64,000 nucleotides of DNA from Acanthaster planci (taxonomy: Eukaryota), in the NCBI RefSeq assembly GCF_001949145.1, contig NW_019091356.1, positions 3,268,934 through 3,332,933 on the forward strand, read 5' to 3'. This document shows, piece after piece, positions 47,601 to 61,020 of this stretch (within the stretch, counting starts at the first letter, position 1; the number at the start of each line of letters is the position of its first letter). The position numbers were made by a program, and so were the translations under genes. The notes below the pieces were generated by a model. It saw only the letters and a list, made by a program, of their open reading frames with translations, had not been told where the DNA came from and did no database searches.

Positions 47601-50600
47601 ACTTCCATCCCTGCATCAAGTTAATACGGAACGTCCATCCTCCATCCCGCGAAAACTATCTGAACAATTATTCATCGACCGCGGTGTAATTTCACTCCAT
47701 AGGTCGCACTGGTGTGAAAGGCTTCAGCGTGGTGAATAGTGGGATTACCGCCGCATCACCACCCTTCGCCATATGGGTGCCAATAAGGCGACAGTTATGA
47801 GGCGGCTAAGGTGCATTTCAAGACTTGATGACGGTCGAAGAAAATGGCAAGAAATTCGATATACTGATTCGGTACTTGTGCGATGCTCATCGTTCTGTGC
47901 ATTTATAAAAAGTGACCCAGTCTTTGGATTTAATAAAGTCTCACCTATTTATCTATCTGTTGTTCTGATTCTCAAATTGTTCGATTCTTATCATAATTAC
48001 ACACAATTATTGTGCATAATTTATAAAAAGCGACCACGCAAATTAATAGATGAAAAAGGACTGCGCAGATCAGTCTCAGTGCATTTTTATTGCCAAACCG
48101 ATTTGATATTTGTAACCAGGTCGTTGCCATCCTGACATTTCTTGATCGTCCTGCCGGGCTGAACTCCAAAATAGCACATCTGTCAGTACCGTGTTGCTTG
48201 TCTCCCGATAATAACCAGCGGCTAGAGTGAACCAACGCCTTCGTGGGGTCGATAACGCCCGTTATCAACCAGACGAATAGAGCCATCTCAGCAAATGAAA
48301 AGGCTTCTACTGTTTGTTTTCTTTTCGCCTTGTTTTATCCGTGGAATTGGCGAAGAGCTGAATTCCCATGACAACCAAAGTATATGCACTAGATTTTGTG
48401 TAGCATTTGGCGATTCGAATGACGCGAGTCGAGATCTGCTATCAAACTGCATGCATGATTCATTACAATCCATGCATGCGGATTCAGTATAAACCATCAG
48501 TATATTAAAATTAAGCTGTGCTGATGTCGAATTAAACGAAGGATCAGCAAAAAAGTACATGAATCCAGGTTCGTGGTTGAGACACGCATCCTGATCGAAA
48601 TTAAAATGGGTTTTCGATGTATATGCACGTTTTTACATTGTAAAGACTGGCCTAAGCAGACTCAGTGGTCGTGCGCATTGAGATGGTTTCAACTCAATGC
48701 GAGAAAAGACAATGAATTTCGCAATGCCGGACGCTTTCCGACTTGGGCTAAAAATTTCGCTGCAAACGCATCCTGGACGCCAAAATTTGCGTTCTCGAAC
48801 CGGTCTCAAAGTGTTTATCGAACCTTTGATATGTAGCAGTACACGGCTATAGTGCACGGCTATGTAATGCATTTTACAGGTAAGCAGCGAAAAGGAGAAC
48901 TAAACTTCATCATTTAACCCGAGGCTCTGTCCTGGCGCGTCGTCATGGGAGCACTTTCGTAGCTTCGTTTCAGTGTGGACAAATACCAGTGATGCTTGAA
49001 AATTATTGGGACAGAACTTCGAGATTTGGGTCTGTCTTTTGTTGGTTTATTCTAAAGACCAAGGGCTCTTTGAGCTACAAATGTACTGCAGACTCTGCGT
49101 CATGAATGCGGTAGAGTATCACGTGCTCTGTTTGCTGAATGTACGCTGAGTTTGGCTGACCTGATTTATTTCTAGGTCTAGGCTCCGGTGTTGGTCAATC
49201 TTTTACTTAGAGCAGACCCTTGAATTAGTTGACCCCTGACGTGCTGTCGGGGTGCTTGAACAGGCATGTTATGTGTGTTCCAATAATTATTGTACAGAGT
49301 TTTTGCGTAATAACGTTAGACGCATCACGTCTCACTGATATCCGAGATAGCGCCCCCAATACGTTTCAGCTGCGCAATGTCTGGCTTTGGCTTGACATCA
49401 TGTATTTTTATTATCTTGAGAAACTAAATGGAAGTAAGCTTTCATCAGCTTGTTTGTATCGTCCCCGACAATGCCTCAGATTCACATTGTATTTTTTGTC
49501 TTCATTGTTTTATTCTTGATCTCTGTTTGCTGTTATCTTGGTCTTTATTAGTTTGTATATTGTCTATACATGCAGAATATCCACGGAGATCGTCAAATAA
49601 ACCGAGCAAACATCGATTCAGTCACTCGATATTGAACAGCATTTTCTGGACGTGTAATATCGTTTGAATATATCATTCAGCGCCTTGGCTGGGTTAAAGT
49701 TGGGGCAGATGTGGGCCGATAGATGTGGCGAGATGGGCCTCGCGTGGTTGATACCTCCATGCTGAGACAGGTTCTAGAAAAGAACTGCTGAAATGAAATT
49801 GCAGGGAATCATTGCAGCGCTTTTCAGTAAACAAACAGAGAGTTTGTTTGTCAGACTTGTTTTGCGAATGAGTAATGGAACGTCGTGGGCTCCAGTCCCG
49901 CCAAATTAAGCTATAACTATGAACTTATTCACCCACGGCCCATACCTCTTCTTCTTTTCCCCTGCTTCTTTTGACAAGGAGCCACCATCGTTGCTGAAGG
50001 TTAAAAGAGGGCGGCCTACGTGGGCATAATGACGATCGCCGCTGTAGGCTCATCAAGGAGGAGACCCTTGAATAAATATTACAAGTCAACGAGACGGTAA
50101 TTTTTCAAATCAGAATTGGTAATAACGACGCAATTACAGGAAAGGGGGCGACGAACGTACGATAATGGTTATTTACTTGTGTTAAATAACGATGTGCTCT
50201 ACTTTTTCCATGCGTTATTTTTTGCATAAAGACATTTTTGAACTTCCACCACGTCCACCTTTAGAAAATTATAGCTCATGTGAAACGACGGCTATTTCCT
50301 GTATCAGGCTAAAATACATCGGCATATAACTTTAATATTACTAAAGGTGATTCAGTTTGTACACGGACTAATTGTTAAACTGTTAAAAAAGGGAAATGTC
50401 ACTTAATGCATATTTCTCTCACTTTGTCGACAGTAAGCTGTAACTTTCCTCTTCTCGTGCGCTGCAATTTTTACGAGAGCAGTGGCGTAAAGCAGTTTAT
50501 TGGGGGCTAGTTTTCAGCCGACCAAACCCATGTTACAAACGGCAGGGAGAAAAATGCCTCAAGAAAAACATTGTCTTTAAAATTTCAGTGTTGAAGTTGA

Positions 50601-51814
50601 TTGGAATCTTCGCCTGTTAATGACACAACAATTAATGGAATGTTTGACGAATTTCCTACAAACAATTTTCAGACTGTATCTAGGAAATCTCGGGTACCCT
50701 TTTTGTCACCAGGAGTGTTCATCTCTATTGCAACATCCTGGTCCGTCCTCATAGCCGGCCATTATTGTGATTGTGCGTAAGTGTCACAAGCATTTTGTTT
50801 TGGGATAAATAAGCTTTTTTATCCCGACCTTCAATGACTGGGCCATTGTGTTGTTTTCTGCATGATATTATAAAAATATCATCTGCATGATATTATAAAA
50901 ACCCTATAATATACCCACGACCTAATATTATTACAAATACCACACAAAATGCTGAAGTGTTAAGTACTTGTTAATTAAAAAGAAAACACAACGTGAGCTT
51001 TTAAGTTTTTCGTGGTGAGAGCGGGAAGATAAATACAAGTATTAGGTTTGCGGTAGCACCATGCGAAAATATCTCTTTTGTGAGTGTGTGTGGTTATTAA
51101 ATAACGGTTCTTTCATTTTCAGAATTACGTATAATCACAAAAGGATATTTTCGCACGGTGATAGCAAACCCAGGACTTAACAAAACACAACTTTTTATAT
51201 AATATTTTTTAATTGCATAGCAAACATCATGTGCTGTTTTATATCCTAGTGCTCTTTGATTTCAAAACAGAGTACGAACAAATTGATAAGTGTGTAAAAA
51301 AAACGCCATTTGATGTAATTTGACACCTCATTATCCGCTATGCAGCTAAACTGGTTGAGGAGCTGACGACTTTTTTTCAGTTTTTACATCTGTGAACACC
51401 GGATAACAATTTATCGATTTCAATACGAAAAAAAAATCAATGCTTTTTATCCGTATTGATCAAAGTCTCACCGGCAGTCTTCTCTTCCGACCCCCTCACT
51501 CAGCTTTTTTTCACACCTTTACGCGCGATCGCGTCTCCCGAAGCGCAAAGAAATCCCTCATGATGACACATCAGTATGCCACCGTGCCCTGCACATCCAG
51601 ACAGCACTTGGTACAATACTGAAAAAAACACCGAGGCACCGACGAACTGCCATTGCTGGAGTTTTCTTGATGTCACAAGAGCATCGTCCTGCAATATTCC
51701 CCGGAAGAAAATATTTCAGGGTTTTATCTCATCACCGGGCAGAGCAAGAATTAATTAAGCAACGAGAGAACATGGTGGCCGAGTGAATGTTGGGGGCTAT
51801 CGGCAGATGAAAGC

Positions 51815-53502
51815 ATGGGGCGCGGAGGAAGGATGGACGAGTGGGCAGGAACTGTCGTGATCGTCGTGGGTAAGTTCTCTCCTGTATTTACTGGTATACA
51901 TTGTGACAGATTGGCTATACTTTTTGTTCCGTCAACAATCAAACGTTCGTTTCTAACTTTTTGTTTACAATTACATTTCAATAATTCCACTCACTGTGTC
52001 TGAGACTGTATTTGTTTTTATTGTGTTCCATTGTTTTTAAATTTGGTTTTGTTTTCCTTTATAATTTCATTTTCCCTATTAGTAATCCCGTTACAAAGAG
52101 CATATTCCATTTTTGCTCAATTCATAAAAGATTTTTAAAAGTCCGCTACGCAATAAAATAACTTGGACGAAATCCCGATTTAATCTTACAAGAATTGTTT
52201 ATCTGTGTAAATTCCACTATTAATTCCCAATCCAAAACTTGGCGCCATCAACTTACACTTGACGAAATAGGTGAAACAAATTGCTTTCGTCACTACTTAA
52301 ACATTAAAATAATGAAAGATTATTGATTTATTTTCCATGCAGGTTGTATTTTCTTCGGACTTGCCGCCGCCGCAGAGTTTAGCTGTTACGACTGTGCAGC
52401 ACTGCTTAGTCCCGAATCGAGTTGCGAGACGGGGCCAGACTTCAACTCGACCACAAAATGCAAGACATATTGCTATGTAAGGGGTGTTATGTATTTTTGG
52501 ATACATTCGAAACTACCCCCCCCATGCCCAGAATTATTGGAAATGCTATCATAAATATATTTATTTTTGACATTATTTGCGACGCTGGGATGAGATTATG
52601 TGGGCCGAATCTTGCGCAACTACTTATTCTGCTCGGCCGATCAACCTCATCATTAATTCAGGCGTCATTATTATGCTAGGGCGAGCATTAGAACTATGGG
52701 AAACCCTGGGGACGAGAGGGGCCATACTTCATCATGTATAAGCTTGCGCTTCGTATCAAGTGGCATTGCTAAGAAATCCGACGAACGTTTTATGTAGCTT
52801 ATTTCTAAACATCCCTTTGAATCTGTAACCTTTGTTTCAGTCTGTTTTCGCTGATCAGATTCATGATTCGCGCACTCAAACTTGGGTAACTCACTCAACT
52901 CATTTCAGACCAGCTCAGCCCGTGGAAATCTAGCCTATAACCCCACGTCCCAATTCATACAACCCAGGACACTCCATCTAAACCCAAGGATGTCCGATTT
53001 CAACCCAAACTGTTCCACCAGGCACCATGCCCGAATCTGTTTGTTTGTTTTTTTTTTAATTTTCCCCATCCCCTCACAGGCAATTCACTGCATGCTCTGA
53101 CCATACAAACTTGGGATGACAGAAATATGCCACTCCCATTTTCCCTCATAGCCCTCTTCGACTGAACTCCCCACCTCTCTTCCTAATGATCTTATATACA
53201 CTTCCCTCTGTCCACTGCATCTAACTTTTCAGACAGATGTCACGACCCAGGCAGGAGTTCGCTCGTACATGAAGCGGGGCTGCACCACAGAGTTAGAGTG
53301 CACGGAGGAGACCACCTGCCGGGAGCTGTCCCGTACGGGACCCTGCCGCTCCTGCTGCCAGTCGAACCTGTGCAACGACGACGAGCCGGACTTGGACGCC
53401 ATCAACCGGGCGGGAAAAGTGGGCGTGGTGTGGTCTTACGGGGGGCGTAGCCTGGGAGTGGTAATTGGTGTGGCGGTTGCCTTCGTTGACAAGATGTATT
53501 AA
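51815..53502 (+). CDS. Ly6/uPAR (three-finger) domain protein, 152 aa, signal peptide and probable GPI tail
   Basis: Exons 51815-51869, 52343-52476, 53233-53502 (phases 1, 0). Hydrophobic leader, FSCYDC start, KRGC, CCQSNLCN signature, hydrophobic C-terminus. Confidence 0.85.
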
Positions 53503-55779
53503 ATTAGTTGGAATCATGACACGGTGCTATCACAAGAAGAGCATGGAATTTTTTTTCTACCTATCTTCCCGTTCACTCTGTATCTCCAAACAAAAAGGTT
53601 TGAACGGTTCTGTTGTTGTTGCTGAAGTGCTGTTTCTGACCAATAAAAATGCAGTCACAGGAACAGAGCCACGACCAGTCCGTTATAATCGATAGCTAAT
53701 TGTAGATTTCGGGAATAATGTTGGCCTTCGAAGAGAAGTACGCACCAAATATTAAAATAAATAGCATTCTTCCTTTTTCATTGTACTGTCATCCATAGCG
53801 TTGGTTCCTATAGCTCTAGCCATTTGAAGAAACATAATAGCATGGATTTTAAAGGTTCTGCCAACTTTGATATGGTGTGTTTAATTCAAACCTTATAAGT
53901 TCTGACATTAGGATATTAGTTTCGTTAACGGGGTTGTTGGTCTTTTCCGTGCTTACAAATTTCCTTTTTCTGCTCCAATGCCGAGGAGTTTTCAAAAAGA
54001 AACAGAAAACGTTTGAAGGGTAGCTGCAATCAATGTTTTTGATTACAAACCTGTAAAATGCACCTTCGTGCCTCCCTCCGTAAAACTTATTTTCAACTTT
54101 TGTTTCACTATTTCAAGGGGTATTTTAATGCCATTTTGTTTTTTATGCTAATAACTATTTCCATATTCATGAGCAACTGTGATGTCGTCTCAGGAAGAGC
54201 CTCAATGTTAGGTTTGTATACAAAACGTTCTGCTTTTTTGTAGATTTTCTTGGACAACGTTTTCTCTTCTTTGCTGATTTATTGTTTATGTGCAAAGCAA
54301 TAAGAAACCATCAATCCCTCTCTCGGAAATGTTTTTAGTTAGTAAATTCTGGGTACACAATTTGAACAGAAATAGAGCCTGAAAGTAAAAGGTCACGCAG
54401 CGAGTTGCCTGAACCCTCGTGCGGTCCTCCTGTGGGGAATTTATGTTGGGCCGTCCTATCACGTTCGATAATTTTTGGAAGAATAATTCCTAACTGAAAC
54501 CACCAAATGAAACAATCATGTTGGAATTTTACTTTTGTCTGCCTCAAGTAATTATAGGAAAAGTCACATGGAGATAGGTAAAAAACGAATTCTCTTAACG
54601 ACCTTTCACTTCCGGCAATATCATACCTAGGTGTCCATGTTCATGCACGTTTGTTTTCACTGCCCGTGCTTACGTGAAAAAAAGATTGTACAACGTTGCA
54701 AAGATTTACCTACTTGCAGTCGATGGGTTCCACATTCCGTTGAGTTAGCATCACGCAGTTGTTGTAAGCAAAGCTTATACAAAAGATCAAAATCTTTCGT
54801 AATCGAAGTTGAATGTTGCTTTAAGCTTATTACTTATAAATTACACGACTGTGTAAAATATTGATCTGTTTTTTATTTTGGCTTTTACTGATAGACTACC
54901 ATAAAATTTCAAACCGTAAATGTTCATCTGCGAACGAGACTGCCTCATTGCACTGTTCTTCATGTATTTTAGATTTTCGGAAGTGATAGGTCAGTTTTTG
55001 GCAGGATATTTCTCTTTTAGGTCAGGTGATTTTTCAGTTTCTATAAATTGATAGACTAGCAAATATTTTCCAAAGCCCCTTTTCCGAGTTGGATTTTTTA
55101 AGAAGTAACTGAACGAAAAAATATTACAAATTCTAAAATCTTTACACGTTATTTTTCCTAACCAAGGGGCCCGGAAGCGCACCATCAGGGGGTCAACTTT
55201 CAGGCTCTATATACCTATGCACTGAACCACGTCTTCCCTGGATGACTTCATAGCAACAGCGCCATCAGTTGTCTGGGAAAACATCGATAAAGTGTGCACT
55301 TTTCAATGCATTTTTAACCAAATAGGAGTGTGTAAGAATTTTCATGCATTGAAGAAAAGTACAAAGATGCAGAAAAATTGTGTCAAAGAAAAATTCATTG
55401 CAGCTACACTTTAATGCAAACGATACATTTTTGCCTCCATGTAAACTTCAAAGGGAATGTTTTAGCAGCGTTAAATGGCCAAGAATCGGAGTATCAAATT
55501 TTCTTGAAGTACATAAGTAACGCTCATTTGTGAATTCGTGTACAAACATTGAGTTGTGAGTTTCTTTTATGTAATGCCAAGTGCTAGTTTAATAAAGATG
55601 ACACTTTGCCAAATCTGTCCAGTGATAGCTCTTTCAGTTGCTTTTAAGTTTGAATGCAATACTATCATTCAATTCTACCACTTAAACCCCATTAGGTTGC
55701 TCATGCATGTTAACTGTTATTTACATGATCAGAAGCATATCCCCCCCCCCTCCCCGTTCCCGCCCCCGGCCCCCTTTAT

Positions 55780-55880
55780 TGCGCTCACCGCGCGTGCAGC
55801 GCTGGCGTGCGCCAGCGCCACGTGAGCAACTGAAGAGCGCCCTCAACTGACCACATAGCCAATGTTCCGCTGCGCCGCAA
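55780..55880 (+). promoter_or_regulatory. GC-rich proximal promoter of OVCA2
   Basis: Palindromic GCGCTGGCGTGCGCCAGCGC, E-box CACGTG (~55819) and CCAAT (~55859) 90-170 nt upstream of the ATG. Confidence 0.4.
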
Positions 55881-55950
55881 TCAAGGAGGGCCGTCGAGGG
55901 AATGTTTAGAGAAACGAAATTCTTTATCTTTATTAACTAAGGATGAAGAT

Positions 55951-58490
55951 ATGTCTTCTTCCGCGTCTGGAGCAAGCGACAAACTAAAGGTATGAGTAGA
56001 ACGCCAAAGCATAAAGGAAACGCTGACTGCGGATAAGTTACACAATATTCTTTCGTTGTGTAAGAGGGTCATGCATTACCGTGTGTATGCGCATGGACCA
56101 GTGTCAAAAACATGATGAGTGTACCAACATCTAAGCGCCACACCGTTTTGTGCACGATCATACAATTAATCCGTTCCGTTGACTATGAGACAAGGGCTGT
56201 GGAAGGGTCCACATCTCTGGATTTTGTTTAGGGGGGGGTTGTGGGCTGATTCATGCTTTTAATCATTTGCCAACCTTTATTTGAATTCATTTATTTGCTT
56301 TTAATTTTAGATTCTGTGTATCCATGGTTACCGCCAAAATGCTCAGATCTTCCGAGAACGGACTGGGGCACTCAGGAAAATCATAAAGAAGTACACAGAA
56401 CTTGGTGAGCAAAATTTGATTGATTTAATTGATTGATTACATGTTCGTTAAAGAGAAAAACAAAATTACTCTAAGTTGCTCGGCTAAAGGTTATATATTT
56501 TCATAGAAGTCTTCGTTTTGAGCATCTCGTTGCTTGGTCGTTTTTCTTTGCAGTTTTCATTTCAGCTCCAAACAAAGTGCTGCCAGCCGAAGGTGAAGAA
56601 GATTTAGGTAAGCTGAGAGGAAGTACCTTCCCCTCCCCCAAAAACGGGGTCAAACGTCTACATAGTAGATACAAAATTAAAACATAGCCACGTTGTCATA
56701 AATTAACCATCTGCAGCACAGTGCAGAGGGCTTGTGCTTGTGCTTGTTAGGAATCGGCTGTAAAGGTTAGAGCCACTGATGATCGCTGTTGCTTCCTTTT
56801 TTGGCTTGATTGGACAGACCAGAGAGGTTGGTGGTTCTCTACAATTGACCACACCTTCAAGGCCAACCAGGTGTGCGATGTGAACCCTGGCCTACAGGAA
56901 TCGCTGACCACAGTGGCCCAAACGTTCAATGACCTTGGGCCCTTTGACGGTGAGCAATGCCATGTAAACCAAATAGACAGTTTATGTCACTTGTCCACAT
57001 CAGTTTGGCAGTGGATGGGTTTTAATCTGTATTAAATGTTCTATTCCTTTTTTTTTTTGAGGAGTTGAATGAAAGTGAGCCCTCATATTTAAAGTTAGTT
57101 ACAGACAGAGGTCAGCATCAATGCAGAAATGCACTCCCCATCATCCGGTTATATTGGGCTGATGTGCGGATGTCGGTTCAGATTATATGTCATTGATTCA
57201 TGACATGACGGCGGACAATTTTGAAATTCAACTTTGCATCCCCTTTTTTTTTTTTTCAAAATGCAGGCGTCCTTGCCTTCAGTCAGGGAGCAGCTTTTGC
57301 AGCAATACTCTGTGCTTTGCAAAATCAGGGAGGTAGGTAAAAAAAAAAATGGCAAATTTATATTTGTAAATCAATCCACTCTGTTTCCTTGTGGATTTTC
57401 CTTGTCCACATAACATTCTTGCCCACATCGCAACAAAAAAGCATTGCTATAGAGAGCTAGGCGACTTTTAATAAACATGTTTGTGCACTGTTGACTTTCA
57501 AAGCTATTAGGTTTGTACTTGCTGTTGTAAAGTTTATCATAAACGAAGATAACCAGAATATGTCGATATTTGTGAAATGTTGAGTGCTTCATTTGCTTCC
57601 CTTCAGAACAGTCCACCTCCTTACTGTTTTCGCTGACTTATTGCAATTTAAGTGTTCTTGCCTTGGAGAACGCGTACACCTTGTACGATGCTTCAAAGCA
57701 GGCATGTTTGTTTTGTTTGTTGAGACAGAAACCTCCTAATGTAGCCAGAACACGGTCTCATTAAAGCTAATCACTTTTTTTGGCCATTTCCCCCAGATAC
57801 CAGATTTCCCTTCAAGTTTGCCATCTTGGTGGCCAGCTTTCGCAGCCTCAGCTCCAACCACGCCGCCTTCTATGCCAACCCTATCAACTGTCCAACGTTA
57901 CACGTGTTTGGTGACACGGACGGCGTCATCCCAAGAGGTATTTATTAACCCAGTGTTACCTGACCAATTGCTAAATGGTGTATGCTTCAAGGATTTCTCT
58001 GTCAGTGGAAACCCAGGAATGCTTTGAGGACCAAGGAACTTTACATGAATTCACAATATGCATTTGTATCAAGCTTAGCTTTAGTCTCTAAAATTAGCAA
58101 TCTTACATCATATAAATGTTTGGGTCGTTTATAATTTTTTCTCCAGAATCAAGTGAAGATCTACTACCAGTTTTTGTCAACCCACAAATTCTGAATCACC
58201 CAGGCGGTACGTTGTCACATTTTTGTCAAAGATAATCTGAAGTCTAAAATAAATCTTTCTGACGAAACCAGATGATCTGGACAGTGTCTCGTCATCTTCT
58301 TGAAGTTAGGTCCAGAATTTGAAAATGTTGCAGGTCTTTGGATTAAATTATCATCCTTAAAACAAGACTGTTCTTTTTCTCATTCACAGGTCATTTTGTG
58401 CCGGCTTCAGCACCACAGAAGAAGGTTTATCTTGAGTTCCTTGAGCATTGGTACACCAAGAAGCAAGAGGAGAACTCGGCTGCAAAATGA
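55951..58490 (+). CDS. OVCA2: Esterase OVCA2 (FSH1-family serine hydrolase), 228 aa, 8 exons
   Basis: Exons 55951-55989, 56311-56404, 56554-56607, 56818-56949, 57267-57332, 57797-57937, 58147-58206, 58390-58490, all GT-AG and in phase. Motifs LCIHGYRQN, RGWWF, GPFDGVLAFSQGA (Ser), LHVFGDTD (Asp), HPGGHFVP (His). Confidence 0.93.
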
Positions 58491-58698
58491 ACTGTGTAGG
58501 AGACTACTTTTCCTATGTGCACCTGTAGAGTCTATAGGAAGACTGTCAATACGACCTTAGTCTTAGCCTTACCTCAGGTCTTTCTTATCTGGCTTAAATT
58601 TCTAACCTCAATTAAAACCTTTCAGGAATAGTTCTTAAGCGTGGTATAGGGACTCATGGGTACAAATTTCGGAACATTTTGCTATCTCTTGAGGATAA

Positions 58699-59307
<609 letters not shown>

Positions 59308-60189
59308 AACAGGCTTTTCCAAAGTTTGGTATTTCCTATGGTTTCAGCATCGGGCTTTGTTCTCATTTTATAGTCCATGAGTGTCACAAGTAGTGGGCAA
59401 GGGGAGCCCCCTCCCCTTAAAAAAAATCCTGGCAGTGCCCGTGGCACAGTTTCCCGAGGTGAGAGTGCGTAGCTCGATCCAGCTTTTATTTTCTGCTGCA
59501 GACACAAACGTGACTCATTTTAAATTAAGCCACAACTCGGAGTACTTTTGTTCAATTTTTGTCCCAAGTTTGGAGTGTTTTTGTTTGATTCCAACAGGAA
59601 ACATTTGAAAATGAATCAGGTCCCACAAATAAAAGTGAAATCTTAAATAGGAAAGAGATTTAAAAAGTGTAACATGTATGCACTGAGCATCCTCTCTCAA
59701 TACTCTTGTAGGATGAATAAATAAATCTTTCAATTCTTGACATTTTGTAGCAAAGTTCATAGATTGATATTTTATTAAATATCAGAAATTGTTCCTCTCT
59801 CATTGGCACCTGCAGAAAAATCAGAAACAGAAACCTGTTCTAGATATTTTGTATAAGTAGATTTGTGACGTGCACTGATAAGATCAATGGGAGCCGGGGA
59901 AGCCCACATCAAGAGATACTTAATGAAGAATATTTTGTGACTTGGAAATGTTTTCACTTTGTGATACTAGATTTTTGCAGTTCACTTGAGTCCTGAACTT
60001 CTATTGACGTTAATCATTGAAGATGCTCCTTTTATAAATTGATACCAACTTCATTATTAGCTGCTGAATTTGAACAGAATCGTTTAGACGGCGAAAATTT
60101 GGTCGTGCGAAATATAAATGAAAAATGAGTGAATGAAATTTGTGAATGTTAACGAACAAAACGTGGCGTGTGGTATATACCGTACAGTC

Positions 60190-60460
60190 AATTGATGCAA
60201 CGGGTCAAGATCGCGAAATGTTTGATTGGTGGCGCTATTCACTTTTAGCACGAACGTACTTCCGATCCGACGAAACGAGTTTCACGTCATCTTTCCCTTG
60301 TTCCGATAACACCGCGTCTAAATTCCCCTAAATTACTCAACTTTTTGGCGTTAAAGAATGTTTGAATAACTTCCCCATGAGTACAGTGACGTGAGGGAGA
60401 CTTCAATCTACCAGATTTTAGTGACTTTGTCGGAGAATTTATTAAATAGTCCCGGTAAGT
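60190..60460 (+). promoter_or_regulatory. Possible promoter and non-coding first exon of a downstream gene
   Basis: CpG-rich patch with TGATTGG (~60223) and a strong donor CCG|GTAAGT at 60454/60455; no coding exon could be linked within the window. Confidence 0.25.
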
Positions 60461-60870
60461 TGACCGTAATTTTGCTGAAATCGTACGAGCATGCTTGTTT
60501 TTTGTGTACGTATGTTATGTACGCACTACGATACGTGCAGTATTCAGGTACTGACGCTGATTCTGCACAAGCGTGACAAGCGTAACTTCAACAATGTTTC
60601 AAGTTCTGTTTAACATCAGCGACAAACAAGAAACTAACTTTAATGTCTGTATGTTATAAAAATAAATACCAGCTGCACAGTATTTCTTCAACCGCAAAAG
60701 AATGCATAGGCCCAGGCTCCAATCATTGATCCTGTTGATTGTCAATTGGCAATTAACAATGATTGACAGTGACATGATTGAGCTACATGTAGGGCCAACA
60801 TCATCACTAGATCATAGGTAGACCTGTACGCACACATGACACAGTGGTACATTCTTTGGAATTTGCAGAA

Positions 60871-61020
60871 TATCCCCACATCTGCCGTTCTCCGTGAGAG
60901 CGCAGGGGACATCAAACCCCACAGTTCTGGGGTAGAATTACCCCCAGAACTGTGGGGTCCGACGTCCGCTCTGCTCCCACGTGGGAAGGGGGAAACGTTG
61001 GACCCCACAGTTCTGGGGTA
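60871..61020. mobile_element. Pair of tiny MITE copies in inverted orientation
   Basis: 82-bp element 60939-61020 with ~26-bp TIRs TACCCC(C)AGAACTGTGGGGTCC(G/A)ACGT; an inverted degenerate copy ends at 60934; a solo end sits at 13526-13554. Confidence 0.7.
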
